Source: Haliangiales bacterium
Lineage (GTDB): Bacteria; Myxococcota_A; Polyangia; Haliangiales; SHYZ01
NCBI GenBank assembly: GCA_035259575.1
Contig: DATFWE010000009.1
Location: 29,800 to 93,799, forward strand
Reading direction: 5' to 3'
DNA length: 64,000 nucleotides
Below the pieces are notes generated by a model that was given only the letters and a program-made list of their open reading frames with translations, searched no databases and was not told the DNA's origin. This document shows positions 49,208 through 59,306 of the stretch, one piece after another. A program made the translations under genes and the position numbers. Position 1 is the first letter of the stretch; each line of letters starts with the position of its first letter.

Positions 49208-49854
49208 GGCATCGCCTTCGCCAGGTCGGCGTATTCCTCCAGCTCCTCCCGCAATTTCTCCAGCGCGTAGCGCATCCGGCTCTTGACGGTGTTCTCGGGA
49301 CAGCCGACGACGTCCGCGATCTCCTTGAACGGCATGTCGAGAAACTCACGCATCAAGAACACTTCCCGTTGGTCTTCCGAGAGCTTGGCGATCGCCCGAT
49401 GAAGCCTGCCATGGAGCTCCTTGTCGAGCACGTGACGGTCGGTGCCGGCCGCCTTGGGGTCGGGCACCACGTCGAGGAGGGTCGCCCCCTCTTTTCCGTC
49501 GCCGTTCATCATCGGTACGTCCAGGCTCGCGGCCTTTCTGTGCTTCCCCCGTCGCGACGCGTCCACGCACAGGTTACGCGCGATGGTGTAGAGCCATGTC
49601 GTGAACTTCGCTTGCTTCTGATAGGCCTCTGCTCCTTTGATGACCCGAAGAAACACCTCTTGCAGGAGATCCTCGGAATGAGCGGGATCCCCGACGAACC
49701 GGAGGATGAAGTTGAAGACCGGCTTCCGGTGGCGGGTGAGGAGCAGCTCGAACGACCGCACATCTCCCTTCTGGTAGCGGAGCATGAGGCCCTCGTCTGA
49801 CTCGTCCCGCGACACGGGTTCCTCCGACCCCGCCGGCCGCGCGAGGTAAGCCAT
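49204..49854 (-). CDS. ECF-type RNA polymerase sigma factor
   Basis: Region 2 is ..DLLQEVFLRVIKGAEAYQ..FTTWLYTIARNLCVD... Region 4 is ..REVFLMREFLDMPFKEIADVVGCPENTVKSRMRYALEKLR. Confidence 0.9.
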   Translation of the reverse strand: MAYLARPAGSEEPVSRDESDEGLMLRYQKGDVRSFELLLTRHRKPVFNFILRFVGDPAHSEDLLQEVFLRVIKGAEAYQKQAKFTTWLYTIARNLCVDASRRGKHRKAASLDVPMMNGDGKEGATLLDVVPDPKAAGTDRHVLDKELHGRLHRAIAKLSEDQREVFLMREFLDMPFKEIADVVGCPENTVKSRMRYALEKLREELEEYADLAKAMP

Positions 49855-49926
49855 GATCCTATCTTAGGCACTCATCGCCAATCAATCCTCCGTTGCCCAT
49901 GCCAACGCATCGGGAGGCCACAGGAT

Positions 49927-50730
49927 CTAGCGGGTCGGACGAATTTGGCAGGTGGGGCAGAAATAGGTCGCGCGCCCCTGGTGGACGGAGCGGCGGACGA
50001 CCCCGCCGCAGCGAACGCACGGCTCCCCGTCGCGGCCATAGACGCGGAGGCGCCGCTGATTTCTGCCCTCGCGGCCTTTGCCGTCGCGGTAGTTGCGAAG
50101 GGTCGTGCCTCGGTTGCGGATTCCTGCCGCGAGCACGTCCCGGACGGCCCGCCAGAGCGCCCTGCGCGCATCCTCCCCGAGTCGGTCCGCGCGCGAATCG
50201 GGGTGGATGCCCGCGGAAAACAGCGCTTCGCTCGCGTAAATGTTACCGATTCCCGCTACTTGGGACTGGTCGAGGAGGAACGGCTTCACCGCGCGCTTGC
50301 TCCGCGCGAGGAGGGCAGAAAAGCGGGCGACGGTGAACGTCCGGTCGAACGGATCGATGCCCACGTCCTCGGGCGGCCGCGTCGTGACCTGCCCGAACCG
50401 GCGCGGGTCCACGTAGCGGAGCTCCCTGCCGGTGTCGAGCCGCCAGACGACGTGGGTGTGCGCCGCCTTCGGGCCGGGCTCGGTCACCGACAGGCTGCCG
50501 CTCATGCCGAGGTGCACGATGACCGAGCCGCCCTCGACGTCGATCGTAAGGTACTTGCCGTGCCGGCGGAGCGCGAGGATCTGGCCGCGCGCCCGCCGCA
50601 GGGCGCGCACGTCGATGGGGCGGTTCATGTGGAGCGGCTTGCCGCTCGTCCACACCGACAGGATGCGCGCGCCGACCAGGTGCGGCAGGAGATCCCGGCG
50701 GATCGTCTCGACCTCAGGCAGCTCCGGCAT
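49927..50730 (-). CDS. mutM: Formamidopyrimidine-DNA glycosylase
   Basis: MPELPEVETIRR.. starts at the ATG at 50730. H2TH region ..LLDQSQVAGIGNIYASEALF... C-terminal zinc finger CVRCGG..FCPTCQ. Confidence 0.9.
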   Translation of the reverse strand: MPELPEVETIRRDLLPHLVGARILSVWTSGKPLHMNRPIDVRALRRARGQILALRRHGKYLTIDVEGGSVIVHLGMSGSLSVTEPGPKAAHTHVVWRLDTGRELRYVDPRRFGQVTTRPPEDVGIDPFDRTFTVARFSALLARSKRAVKPFLLDQSQVAGIGNIYASEALFSAGIHPDSRADRLGEDARRALWRAVRDVLAAGIRNRGTTLRNYRDGKGREGRNQRRLRVYGRDGEPCVRCGGVVRRSVHQGRATYFCPTCQIRPTR

Positions 50731-51535
50731 GGGCCTCCGCGAGCGCCGCGAACTCCGCCAGCTCGAGCGTCTCGCCGCGGCGGCCGCCGTCGATGCCGGC
50801 GCGCGCGAGCATCGCGTCGGCGTGGGGGAACGCCGCGCGCAGGGCGTTGCGCAGCGTCTTCCGGCGCTGGCCGAACGCGGCGTGGACGACCCGGCCGAAC
50901 GCGCCCTCGTCGCGCAACGCAAAGCGCGGCCCCGGAAGCGGCGTGAGGGCGACGACCGAACTGTCGACCTTGGGCGCGGGGTGGAACGCGCCCGCGCGGG
51001 CGCGCGCCACGGTCCGGACGTCGGCGTACATGGTCACCATCACGCCGAACGCGCCGTACTCCGGCGTGCCGGCGCCGGCGACGAGGCGATCCGCCATCTC
51101 CTTCTGCAGCATGAGCACCGCGCGGCGGACGTGCGCGCGCGCATCGATGATGCCGAACACGAGCGGCGACGCGATCTGGTACGGGAGGTTGCCGACGACG
51201 ACGACCGGACCGCCTGCCGCGAGCGCGGGGTAGTCGAGGGCGAGCGCGTTCTCGGCGCGGATCGTCACGTTGGGCAGGCCGGCGAGCTCCTTCTCCAGCA
51301 CGGCGAGCATGTCACGATCGCGCTCCACCGCCACGACGCGGCCGCGCGTCGCCGCCGCGAGGCGCGTCGTGAGCGTGCCGAGGCCGGCGCCGATCTCGAC
51401 CACATCCTCGTCCCCCGCGACGATCGCCGCCGCCACGATCGCGCGGTACACGCGCTCGTCGACGAGGAAGTTCTGCCCCCACGATTTCTTGGCGCGGAGC
51501 CCATGCTTGGCGAGGAGCGCGCGCGGGTCGGTCAC
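50714..51535 (-). CDS. rsmA: 16S rRNA (adenine1518/1519-N6)-dimethyltransferase
   Basis: ..KKSWGQNFLVD.., ..VVEIGAGLGTLT.., ..VVGNLPYQIASP... The GTG at 51535 overlaps the tsaD stop (GTGA). Confidence 0.9.
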   Translation of the reverse strand: MTDPRALLAKHGLRAKKSWGQNFLVDERVYRAIVAAAIVAGDEDVVEIGAGLGTLTTRLAAATRGRVVAVERDRDMLAVLEKELAGLPNVTIRAENALALDYPALAAGGPVVVVGNLPYQIASPLVFGIIDARAHVRRAVLMLQKEMADRLVAGAGTPEYGAFGVMVTMYADVRTVARARAGAFHPAPKVDSSVVALTPLPGPRFALRDEGAFGRVVHAAFGQRRKTLRNALRAAFPHADAMLARAGIDGGRRGETLELAEFAALAEAHAGAA

Positions 51536-52536
51536 GGCAGGGGGAGGCTGCTCTCGGCGTTGAGGTCGAGGCCGTCGCGCTCGCCGCGCCGCACGCGGTG
51601 GTAGCCCGCCGCCGCGATCATCGCCGCATTGTCCGTGCACAGGCGCGGGGGCGGGACGAACAGGCGGAAGCCGTCCTCCTCCCCGGCGGCGCGGAGCGAT
51701 TCGCGCAGCGCGCCGTTGGCGGCCACGCCGCCGGCGAGCTGGAGATGGCGCACGCCGAGGCGACGCGCGGCGTCGCGCGTCTTGGCGACGAGCGAGTCGA
51801 CGACCGCGCGCTGGAAGCTCGCGCACAGGTCGGCGAGCGCGTCGCCCGCGGGGCGCCCGTGCTGCTTCACCCAGTTCGCCACCCACGTCTTGAGCCCGCT
51901 GAAGCTGAAGTCGAGATCGCCCTTGCCCGCCATCGGACGGGGCATGCGCAGCGCGCGCGGATCGCCGCCGCGGGCGAGGCGCTCGATCGTCGCGCCGCCG
52001 GGATAGCCGAGCCCGAGGAGCTTCGCGACCTTGTCGAACGCCTCGCCGGCGGCGTCGTCGCGCGTGCGCCCGAGCTCGCGGTAGCGCCCGTGATCCAGGA
52101 CCTCGACGAGCGACGTGTGTCCGCCCGAGACGAGGAGCGCGAGGTGCGGCAGCTCCGGAACATCCGCCGTTTCGAGATACACGGCGGACAGGTGCCCCTC
52201 GAGGTGGTGGACGCCGACGAGGGGCAACCCGCGCGCCCACGCGACCGCCTTGCCCGCCTGCATCGCCACGAGGAGCGCGCCGACGAGGCCGGGGCCGCGC
52301 GTCACCGCCACCGCATCGAGATCGGCCAGCCCGACGCCCCCCTCGGCGAGGGCCTCGGCGACGACCGGGACGATGTTCACGACGTGGTGGCGCGAGGCGA
52401 GCTCCGGCACGACCCCGCCGAATTTCTCGTGCACCTTCACCTGCGACGACACGACGTCGGCGAGGATCCGCCGGCCGTTCTCGACGATGGCGGCCGCCGT
52501 CTCGTCGCACGAGCTTTCCAGGCCGAGGATCTTCAC
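51532..52536 (-). CDS. tsaD: tRNA N6-adenosine threonylcarbamoyltransferase
   Basis: [17 protein letters not shown].., ..HHLEGHL.., ..SGGHT.., ..GGVAAN... The GTG at 52536 overlaps the upstream stop (GTGA). Confidence 0.95.
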   Translation of the reverse strand: MKILGLESSCDETAAAIVENGRRILADVVSSQVKVHEKFGGVVPELASRHHVVNIVPVVAEALAEGGVGLADLDAVAVTRGPGLVGALLVAMQAGKAVAWARGLPLVGVHHLEGHLSAVYLETADVPELPHLALLVSGGHTSLVEVLDHGRYRELGRTRDDAAGEAFDKVAKLLGLGYPGGATIERLARGGDPRALRMPRPMAGKGDLDFSFSGLKTWVANWVKQHGRPAGDALADLCASFQRAVVDSLVAKTRDAARRLGVRHLQLAGGVAANGALRESLRAAGEEDGFRLFVPPPRLCTDNAAMIAAAGYHRVRRGERDGLDLNAESSLPLP

Positions 52537-54806
52537 AGGGTGTCGAGCGCGGCGCGGATGTCGTCGGCGTCGCGCGCATCGGGGCGGAGCTCGAGGTATT
52601 TCTGCAGCGCGTTCTTCGCGCCGGCGGTGTCGGAGACGAGCAGGATCTTTCCTTTCGTGCGCCACGCGTCGGCGTTGCCGTCGTCGGCGGCGAGCGCCTG
52701 GTTGCATACGGCGAGCGCTTGCGCCATCTCGCCCTTGTCGAGGAGCGTCTCCGCCTTGAGGACGAGCGCCTCGCTGCCGGAGGGGTTCTCGGCGAGCGCA
52801 CGATCGAGGAGGGCGAGCGCCTCGTCGGGGCGAGCGCGCCGCACGCGCCGCGCCGACCGCACGAGGTCGGCGTAGGCCTTGGCGGCGGGGTCGACCTTCG
52901 GCGAATCGAGCTTTGCCGCCGGCTCCGCCTTCGCTTCCGCCTTCGGCGTGGGCTCGGACTTGGGCGGCTTCGGCGCGGTCGTCGCGGCGACCGGCGCGGC
53001 CTTCGTCGCCGCCGGTTCCGCCTTCGCGGGCGCCGGTCGGGCCGCCGGCGGCGGCGGCTTCGCGGGCTCCGGCTTCGCCGCCGCGGGCTCCGCCTTCGCA
53101 GCCGCCGCGGGCTCCGCTCGCGTCGGCGCGGCCTCGATCGTCGCCGGGCCGGAGCTCGGCATCGCGACGGCGGCAGGGCGAGGGGGCCACGCCAGCGCCT
53201 GCTCGTTCGCCGCGTCGGGCCGTCGCCGGCTCGCGATGGCGAACGCCAGCGCCGTCGCCGCCACGATCGCGGCGCCCCACACGACGATCTGGCGCTTGCG
53301 GCGCGCCCTGCCCTCCGCCACCCAGGTGACCACTTCGTCGACGCTCGGCCCGTCGTGGGCCCTGACCTCGGAAGGCTCCACAGCCTCCATCTGGCCGCTC
53401 GTGCCATTCTTGCGCGCCGCGCCCCCGGGAAGGATCGTCACGCGCGGCGGCGTCGACGCAACGCGGTTCGTCTCCGCCTGGGTGAGCGGCGGTTCCGGCG
53501 ACGACACCGTCCCCGCCGCGGCGGCGCGGTCCGCGCCTTTCGAGGTGATCATGCGCGGGCCGGAATCGTCGTCGGGGTCGAACGGCTCCGGCAGCGGCGT
53601 GATGTCCTCGCGGAACTCGTGCACCGCATCGTCCACCGGCGCGGCGGCCACCGCGGCGGCCGCCGCGGGGCGCTCGTCCTCGATCGGAAGCGGCACAGCC
53701 TCCGGCTCGGCGACGAGCAAGCGCCCGGACGGCTCGAAGTCCTCGATCGTTGCGATCGTCGGAAGCGGCAAGGAGGGCCGCATCATCGTGAGGGGCAGCG
53801 GCGTGGGCTCGTGGCGCCACGTCTCGGGGCCCTCCCGCTTCTCCCCTTCCTCCACGCGCCTGGACTCGAAGATGAGTCCCTCGAAATAGAGCTTGGAGAT
53901 GATGTTCAGCGCCTCGAGGTCGGAGAACTCGCAGTCGTCGACGACCTGCATGAGGGAGCGGCGCCCATCGAACAGGCGGAGCATCCCGTTGACCTCGTCG
54001 GGGATCTCGGCGAGGCGCTCGGCGAGCTCCCGGTAGTCGATCTCGAACACTGTCTCGAGCGGCGGCAGCTGCTCGAGCAGGCGGCCCCACTCGTCGAGGC
54101 GCCGCATCCCCTCCATGAGGAGGCCCTGGGAGCTGAGCTCGATGACGTCCTTGCGGCGGATGTTCTTGAACTCGACCTCGAACTCGCCGTCGGTCCAGAT
54201 GAGGAGGCGGTACACGGCCTCCTCGCCCTCGAGGCGCCCGAGCTCGGCGTCGATCACCTTGCCGTTGCGAAAGTAGATCGCGGCGCGCCGCGTCCCCGTT
54301 CCGATGAAGTGGATGACGCCGGATTTCCTAGAAATTTCGATGGTCTGGATGAGATCGACCACCGCCATATCGGAGAGCGTGCCGGAGAACTTGGTGCGCG
54401 CGTCGCGCCGTTCGTCGAGCTGGAGCCGTTGCTGCTTGCGTTGGAGCAGGAGCTTGACCCGCGTGATGATCTCCTTGATGTAAATCGGCTTCTCGAGGTA
54501 GTCCTCGACGCCGAGCTCGAGCCCGCGGATCTTGTCCTCGACGGACTTCACGCCGGTCAGAAAGATGAAGGGGATCTGGGAGCGGTCGGAGTTCTGCTTG
54601 AGCCGCTTGCAAAAGTCGAATCCATCGACCTCCGGCATGCGGGTGTCGGAGATGATCAGGTCGGGGGCGACGGTCTCGACCTTCTCGAGCGCGTCGTGGC
54701 CGTTGGTGGCCGTCGTGACGTTGAAGCCGGCTTTCTTGAGCGACACCTCGAGGACACGAAGGCTCTTCACGTCGCCGTCCACGATGAGGAGGCTCTGCTT
54801 GGCCAC
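52533..54806 (-). CDS. Response-regulator receiver / DUF4388 (PatA-like) / TM / Ala-Pro-Lys-rich linker / TPR protein
   Basis: The receiver is ..[11 protein letters not shown].., [14 protein letters not shown], ..FLTG.., ..YLEKP... DUF4388 pattern ..[26 protein letters not shown]... TM segment [19 protein letters not shown]. The C-terminal repeats are TPR. GTG start at 54806. Confidence 0.8.
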   Translation of the reverse strand: MAKQSLLIVDGDVKSLRVLEVSLKKAGFNVTTATNGHDALEKVETVAPDLIISDTRMPEVDGFDFCKRLKQNSDRSQIPFIFLTGVKSVEDKIRGLELGVEDYLEKPIYIKEIITRVKLLLQRKQQRLQLDERRDARTKFSGTLSDMAVVDLIQTIEISRKSGVIHFIGTGTRRAAIYFRNGKVIDAELGRLEGEEAVYRLLIWTDGEFEVEFKNIRRKDVIELSSQGLLMEGMRRLDEWGRLLEQLPPLETVFEIDYRELAERLAEIPDEVNGMLRLFDGRRSLMQVVDDCEFSDLEALNIISKLYFEGLIFESRRVEEGEKREGPETWRHEPTPLPLTMMRPSLPLPTIATIEDFEPSGRLLVAEPEAVPLPIEDERPAAAAAVAAAPVDDAVHEFREDITPLPEPFDPDDDSGPRMITSKGADRAAAAGTVSSPEPPLTQAETNRVASTPPRVTILPGGAARKNGTSGQMEAVEPSEVRAHDGPSVDEVVTWVAEGRARRKRQIVVWGAAIVAATALAFAIASRRRPDAANEQALAWPPRPAAVAMPSSGPATIEAAPTRAEPAAAAKAEPAAAKPEPAKPPPPAARPAPAKAEPAATKAAPVAATTAPKPPKSEPTPKAEAKAEPAAKLDSPKVDPAAKAYADLVRSARRVRRARPDEALALLDRALAENPSGSEALVLKAETLLDKGEMAQALAVCNQALAADDGNADAWRTKGKILLVSDTAGAKNALQKYLELRPDARDADDIRAALDTL

Positions 54807-55095
54807 GGCGGAGGAATTTTAGCACCCGCGCGCGGGGCCTATAATCAATTCCGTGCAGGTCGACGTCGGCGAGCGCTCGGAGTCCCTCGACACTTGCCGT
54901 CGAGCATCCGGCCTGTGCCTGACGTTCGCGTCGCGCGACACGACACGCGACGCCATGCGCACGACGAGCTCGATCGTCCCGCGCAGGCGCATTCGATCTC
55001 TCGCTCGCGCCGGCTCACGCAGCGGGCTCGGGGCGCCTCCGCCGAACATCTGCCGCCCACCCGGAGTAGAATTGCATGTCATGTAGTGTCACTTC

Positions 55096-55629
55096 ATGAA
55101 CGCACAGGCGGGCAATAAGTACGTCCAACTCCTCCTGTTCTGGAACCGCCGCATCAACCTCACCGCGATCCGGAATGAGGTGGGCATCCGTTCGACGCAC
55201 TTCGGCGATTCCCTCGCCGCGGCGGCGCATGTCCCGTCCGGAGCAGCGACCCTCGTCGACGTTGGGAGCGGGGCTGGATTTCCGGGTGCGGTCATCGCCC
55301 TGTCCAAACCCGAGCTCCGCGTGACGCTCGTCGAGCCCAACCACAAGAAGGCCGCGTTCCTCGAAGCGCTGCGGCGCGAGGTGCCCATCCCGAACATCCA
55401 GATCATCGCCCACCGCGTCGACCGCCTCGCCGAACGCTTCGACGTGGCCACATCCCGCGCCACGTTTCCTCTCCCAAAGTGGCTGTCCCTCGGCGCCCGG
55501 CTCGTTCGACCAGGCGGCCTCGTCCTCGGCTTCGAGGGCGCACAAGCCGCCGAGCTCCCCCCCGGAGCCCAGCGCATCCCCTACGCCCCCGGCCGCTCGA
55601 TCATCCTCTACGTTCCACGTGAAACGTGA
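55096..55629 (+). CDS. rsmG: 16S rRNA (guanine527-N7)-methyltransferase
   Basis: ..LLLFWNRRINLTAIR.., SAM motif LVDVGSGAGFPG, and ..LVEPNHKKAAFL... At 177 aa the N-terminus is somewhat short, bounded by an in-frame TAG at 55084. Confidence 0.85.
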   Translation: MNAQAGNKYVQLLLFWNRRINLTAIRNEVGIRSTHFGDSLAAAAHVPSGAATLVDVGSGAGFPGAVIALSKPELRVTLVEPNHKKAAFLEALRREVPIPNIQIIAHRVDRLAERFDVATSRATFPLPKWLSLGARLVRPGGLVLGFEGAQAAELPPGAQRIPYAPGRSIILYVPRET

Positions 55630-55660
55630 CGCTCCCGCGCTCGCGTTCCACGTGAAACGT
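55611..55660 (+). promoter_or_regulatory. Direct duplication of a 17-mer containing a near-palindrome (candidate operator in front of bioF)
   Basis: CGTTCCACGTGAAACGT occurs at 55611-55627 (over the rsmG stop) and again at 55644-55660 (just before or overlapping the bioF start). Each copy contains GTTCCACGTGAAAC, a 14-bp near-palindrome around CACGTG. Copy spacing is 33 bp. Confidence 0.35.
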
Positions 55661-56844
55661 TGCTAGATTCCGCCCGCGTGACGCCCCTGTCTCTAGACGA
55701 GCTCCTCTCTGCCGAGCTCGCCGATCTCGACGGCCGCGGGCTCCGGCGGACGCTTCGGCTCGTCGGATCGCCGCAGGGTGCGGTCATTGACCTCGATGGC
55801 CGCCTCGTTCTCAACTTCTCCTCCAACAACTACCTCGGGCTCGCCCACCATCCCAGCCTTCGCTGGACCTCGGACCACGGCGTGGGCTCCGGCGCCTCCC
55901 GGCTCATCGTCGGGAACCTTCGCGCCCATCGCGAGCTCGAGGCTGCGCTCGCCGACTTTCACGGCGCGCCCGCCGCCCTTCTCTTCTCATCCGGATACCA
56001 GGCCAATCTCGGCGTTCTCCAGGCCCTCGCCGGCCCCGACGACGTCATCCTCTCCGACCGCCTCAACCACGCCAGCATCGTCGACGGTTGTCGCCTGTCC
56101 CGCGCCCGCGTCGAAATCTATGCCCACGCGGACCCGTCCGACCTCGCGCGCCGGCTTGCCCGTGCCGGGGGCCGACGCCGCTTCGTCGTCACGGACACGG
56201 TCTTCTCGATGGATGGCGACCTGGCCCCGCTGCGCGAGATCCGCGAGCTCTGCGATCGCCACGCGGCGTTCCTCGTCGCCGACGAAGCGCACGCCACCGG
56301 CGTCCTCGGCCCCGGCGGACGCGGGCTCGGCGCCGAGCTCGGCGTGGCCCTGGACGTCCACGTCGCCACCCTCGGAAAGGCGCTCGGAACCTTCGGCGCC
56401 TACGTCACCGGCTCGCGCACGCTCGTCGATCTTCTCGCCAATCGCGCGCGGAGCTTCATCTTCACCACCGCGCCCGCGCCGGGCCTCGCCGTGGCCGCGC
56501 GCGCCGCCCTCGCCGTCGCCGCCGGCGACGAGGGCCATCGGCTGCGGGCCAACCTTCAGGCACATGTCGCGAGGCTCCGCGATGCCCTGGCCGCGCGGGG
56601 CCTCCTTGCGCCCGGTGCGGGTCTGACCCCTATTTTTCCGCTCCTCATCGGCGACGAACGGCGGGCGCTCGGCGCGACGCAGGCGCTCCTCGCCGACGGC
56701 ATCTACGCCCAGGCCATCCGGCCTCCGACGGTACCCCCGGGCACCGCCCGCCTCCGCATCTCGGTGATGGCCACCCACACGCCGGCGCACATCGAGGCCC
56801 TCGTGGCCACGCTCGACCGGCTCGATCTGGGGCGTCGCGCGTGA
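55660..56844 (+). CDS. bioF: 8-amino-7-oxononanoate synthase
   Basis: ..[15 protein letters not shown].., ..SGYQANLG.., ..[13 protein letters not shown].., ..DEAHATG.., and the PLP Lys in ATLGKALG. The start is uncertain: TTG at 55660 or GTG at 55678. Confidence 0.9.
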   Translation: MLDSARVTPLSLDELLSAELADLDGRGLRRTLRLVGSPQGAVIDLDGRLVLNFSSNNYLGLAHHPSLRWTSDHGVGSGASRLIVGNLRAHRELEAALADFHGAPAALLFSSGYQANLGVLQALAGPDDVILSDRLNHASIVDGCRLSRARVEIYAHADPSDLARRLARAGGRRRFVVTDTVFSMDGDLAPLREIRELCDRHAAFLVADEAHATGVLGPGGRGLGAELGVALDVHVATLGKALGTFGAYVTGSRTLVDLLANRARSFIFTTAPAPGLAVAARAALAVAAGDEGHRLRANLQAHVARLRDALAARGLLAPGAGLTPIFPLLIGDERRALGATQALLADGIYAQAIRPPTVPPGTARLRISVMATHTPAHIEALVATLDRLDLGRRA

Positions 56845-58127
56845 GCGCCCTCGGCGACAAGGACAAGCGCTACGTCTGGCATCCGTTCACGCAGATGCAG
56901 GACTGGCTCGCCGACGAGCCCCTCGTCATCGAGCGCGCCGAGGGGAGCTGGCTCTTCGACACGACCGGAAGGCGCTACCTCGACGGCGTCTCCTCCCTGT
57001 GGGTCACCGTCCATGGCCACCGCCGCCCGGAGATCGACGCCGCCATCCGCGCCCAGCTCGATCGCGTCGCGCACTCCACGCTGCTCGGGCTCGCCAACGT
57101 GCCCTCCATCGAACTCGCCGAGCGCCTGGTGCGCATCGCCCCGCCGGGCCTCGACAAGGTCTTCTACTCGGACAGCGGCTCCACGGCCGTGGAGGTCGCC
57201 CTCAAGATGGCGTTCCAGTACTGGCGACAGCGCGGGCGCCCAGACAAGTCCGGCTTCTTGACGCTCGCGGACGCCTACCACGGCGACACGGTCGGCGCCG
57301 TGAGCGTCGGCGGCATCGATCTCTTCCACCAGATCTTTCACCCGCTGCTGTTCCCCACCCAGCGCATCCCGGCGAGCTTCGACGCGCTGATCCAGGCGTT
57401 CGATCGGCACGCCCCCACCCTGGCCGCGTTCGTCGTCGAGCCGCTCGTGCAGGGCGCGGCAGGCATGCTCCTCCATCCGCCCGGCTTCCTGCGCGCGGCG
57501 CGGGACCTGTGCCGGAAGCACGACGTCCTCCTCATCTGCGACGAGGTGGCGACCGGCTTCGGCCGCACCGGGACGATGTTCGCCTGCGAGCAAGAGGAGG
57601 TCACGCCGGACTTCCTCTGCCTCGCCAAGGGCATCTCCGGCGGATATCTGCCCCTGGCCGCGACGCTCACCACCGACGCGGTCTACGGGGCCTTCCTCGG
57701 CGCCTACGGCGACAAGCGGACGTTCTTTCACGGCCATACGTACACCGGCAACCCGCTCGCCTGCGCCGCGGCGCTCGCGTCGCTCGACATCTTCGAGAAG
57801 GACCGCGTCATCGCCAACCTGCGGCCGAAGATCGAGCTCCTGTCCCGGCTGCTCCACAGCCAGGTCGCGCCGCTCGCGCACGTGGGCGAAATTCGCCAGC
57901 GCGGCATGATGGTCGGCATCGAGCTCGTCGCGAACCGCACGACTGGCGCGGCCTACCCCTACGACGCGGCCATCGGCGCCAAGGTCTGCCGCGCCGCCCG
58001 CGCCCACCAGCTTCTCCTCCGGCCGCTCGGCCCGGTCGTCGTGCTCATGCCCCCGCTGTCGATCACCCTCGACGAGATCCGCCACCTCGTGGCCGGCGTC
58101 GCGGCCAGCATCCGCTCCGAGACGTGA
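56841..58127 (+). CDS. bioA: Adenosylmethionine-8-amino-7-oxononanoate aminotransferase
   Basis: ..YVWHPFTQM.., ..[17 protein letters not shown].., ..[15 protein letters not shown].., ..[12 protein letters not shown]... The GTG at 56841 overlaps the bioF TGA (GTGA). Confidence 0.9.
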   Translation: MSALGDKDKRYVWHPFTQMQDWLADEPLVIERAEGSWLFDTTGRRYLDGVSSLWVTVHGHRRPEIDAAIRAQLDRVAHSTLLGLANVPSIELAERLVRIAPPGLDKVFYSDSGSTAVEVALKMAFQYWRQRGRPDKSGFLTLADAYHGDTVGAVSVGGIDLFHQIFHPLLFPTQRIPASFDALIQAFDRHAPTLAAFVVEPLVQGAAGMLLHPPGFLRAARDLCRKHDVLLICDEVATGFGRTGTMFACEQEEVTPDFLCLAKGISGGYLPLAATLTTDAVYGAFLGAYGDKRTFFHGHTYTGNPLACAAALASLDIFEKDRVIANLRPKIELLSRLLHSQVAPLAHVGEIRQRGMMVGIELVANRTTGAAYPYDAAIGAKVCRAARAHQLLLRPLGPVVVLMPPLSITLDEIRHLVAGVAASIRSET

Positions 58128-58780
58128 GGACGTACTTCGTCACGGGCACCGATACCGGTGTCGGAAAGACCTTTGTTTCCGCGGGGATACTGGCCTCGCT
58201 GCGTCGGCGCGGGGTCGCCGTCGCGGCGCTCAAGCCGGTCGAGACGGGCTGCGATCCCGACCCCGCCGACGGTGCTCTCCTCGGCGCCGCCGCCGGGCGC
58301 GCGCTCGTCCCGTACACGTTCCGCCCGCCGATCGCCCCGGCCGTGGCCGCTCGCCTCGAGGGACGTCCGGTATCGTTCGAGCGCATCCGCGCCGCGCTCG
58401 TCTCGCTCGACGCCGATTTCTGCCTCGTCGAGGGCGCCGGCGGCCTGCTCGTCCCCTACACCGACGATCTCCTCGCCGCCGACCTTGTCGCCTTCCTCGG
58501 GCTGCCGCTCCTCGTCGTCGCGCGGGCGTCGCTCGGCACCATCAACCACACGCTCTTGACGATCGCCGAGGCGCGCCGCCGGGGCCTCCCGATCGCCGGC
58601 GTGATCCTGGACCGCGTCGTCGCCCAGGCCGGCCCCGACGAGCCGCACAACGTCGGCGAAATCGAGCGGCACGGGGGCGTCCGCGTCCTCGGCACCGTTC
58701 CGCACGTCGCCGGCGCGCGCGACCCCGCGGCGCTCGCCGACGCCGTCGAGCGGGCGTTCGATCCTATGTCGTTGCGATGA
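58124..58780 (+). CDS. bioD: Dethiobiotin synthase
   Basis: [16 protein letters not shown].., ..[10 protein letters not shown]... The GTG overlaps the bioA TGA (GTGA). Confidence 0.9.
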   Translation: MRTYFVTGTDTGVGKTFVSAGILASLRRRGVAVAALKPVETGCDPDPADGALLGAAAGRALVPYTFRPPIAPAVAARLEGRPVSFERIRAALVSLDADFCLVEGAGGLLVPYTDDLLAADLVAFLGLPLLVVARASLGTINHTLLTIAEARRRGLPIAGVILDRVVAQAGPDEPHNVGEIERHGGVRVLGTVPHVAGARDPAALADAVERAFDPMSLR

Positions 58781-59306
58781 ACCGGTCGCGCAGCCACGCC
58801 GGCACCTCGCGCAGGACCCAGCGCAGCCCCGCCAGCGGCCGGCGAAACTGCACGCTGTCGGCGAGGTAGAGCCCGAGCGGCTCGAAGCCCACCCGGCGGA
58901 ACCACAACATTGAGCGCCGCAGGTGGAACGGCTGCGTCACCACCCACACCCGCCGCCGCGCCGGGAGGAGCAGCGCGGCGACGTTCTTCGCGTTCTCTGC
59001 GGTGTAGCGCGCCGCGGTCTCGACCAGGAGCGCCTCGGGCGGAACGCCGCGCGCCCGCGCCGCCGCGGCCATCGCCTCCGCCTCGGCGATCGCCGCGCCG
59101 CGCGTGCGCCCGCCGGTCATCACCACGAGCGGCACGCGCCCGGCGCGCCACAGCTCGACCGCCGCGGCGACGCGCTCCTCGAGCACCTCGGTCAGCGAGC
59201 CGTCCGGCCGCAGCGGCGCGCCGAGCACCACCGCCGCGTCGGCGGCGCCGCCCTCGTGCCTCTCGACGAGCGGCGCGGTGGCGAGCTCGAGCAGCCGGCG
59301 CATCAT
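58764..59306 (-). CDS. DUF218 (YdcF/ElyC/SanA-like) protein
   Basis: ..AVVLGAPLRPDGSL.., ..LVVMTGG.., ..EAEAMA.., and ..VVTQPFHLRRS.. are typical DUF218 blocks. The ATG at 59306 overlaps the mnmE TGA (ATGA). Confidence 0.8.
   Translation of the reverse strand: MMRRLLELATAPLVERHEGGAADAAVVLGAPLRPDGSLTEVLEERVAAAVELWRAGRVPLVVMTGGRTRGAAIAEAEAMAAAARARGVPPEALLVETAARYTAENAKNVAALLLPARRRVWVVTQPFHLRRSMLWFRRVGFEPLGLYLADSVQFRRPLAGLRWVLREVPAWLRDRFIATT

Noticed and set aside
54840-54845. Perfect TATAAT hexamer in the divergent region between the response-regulator gene and rsmG
   Set aside because: There is no convincing -35 element (best match TTTAGC at 16 nt). It lies 250 nt from rsmG on the plus strand and in the wrong orientation for the minus-strand gene. 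The evidence is too weak to annotate as a promoter.
55611-55660. BirA-type biotin operator
   Set aside because: The duplicated motif does not resemble the BirA (TTGTAAACC-type inverted repeat), BioQ or BioR sites I can recall. I kept it only as a candidate site for an unknown factor.
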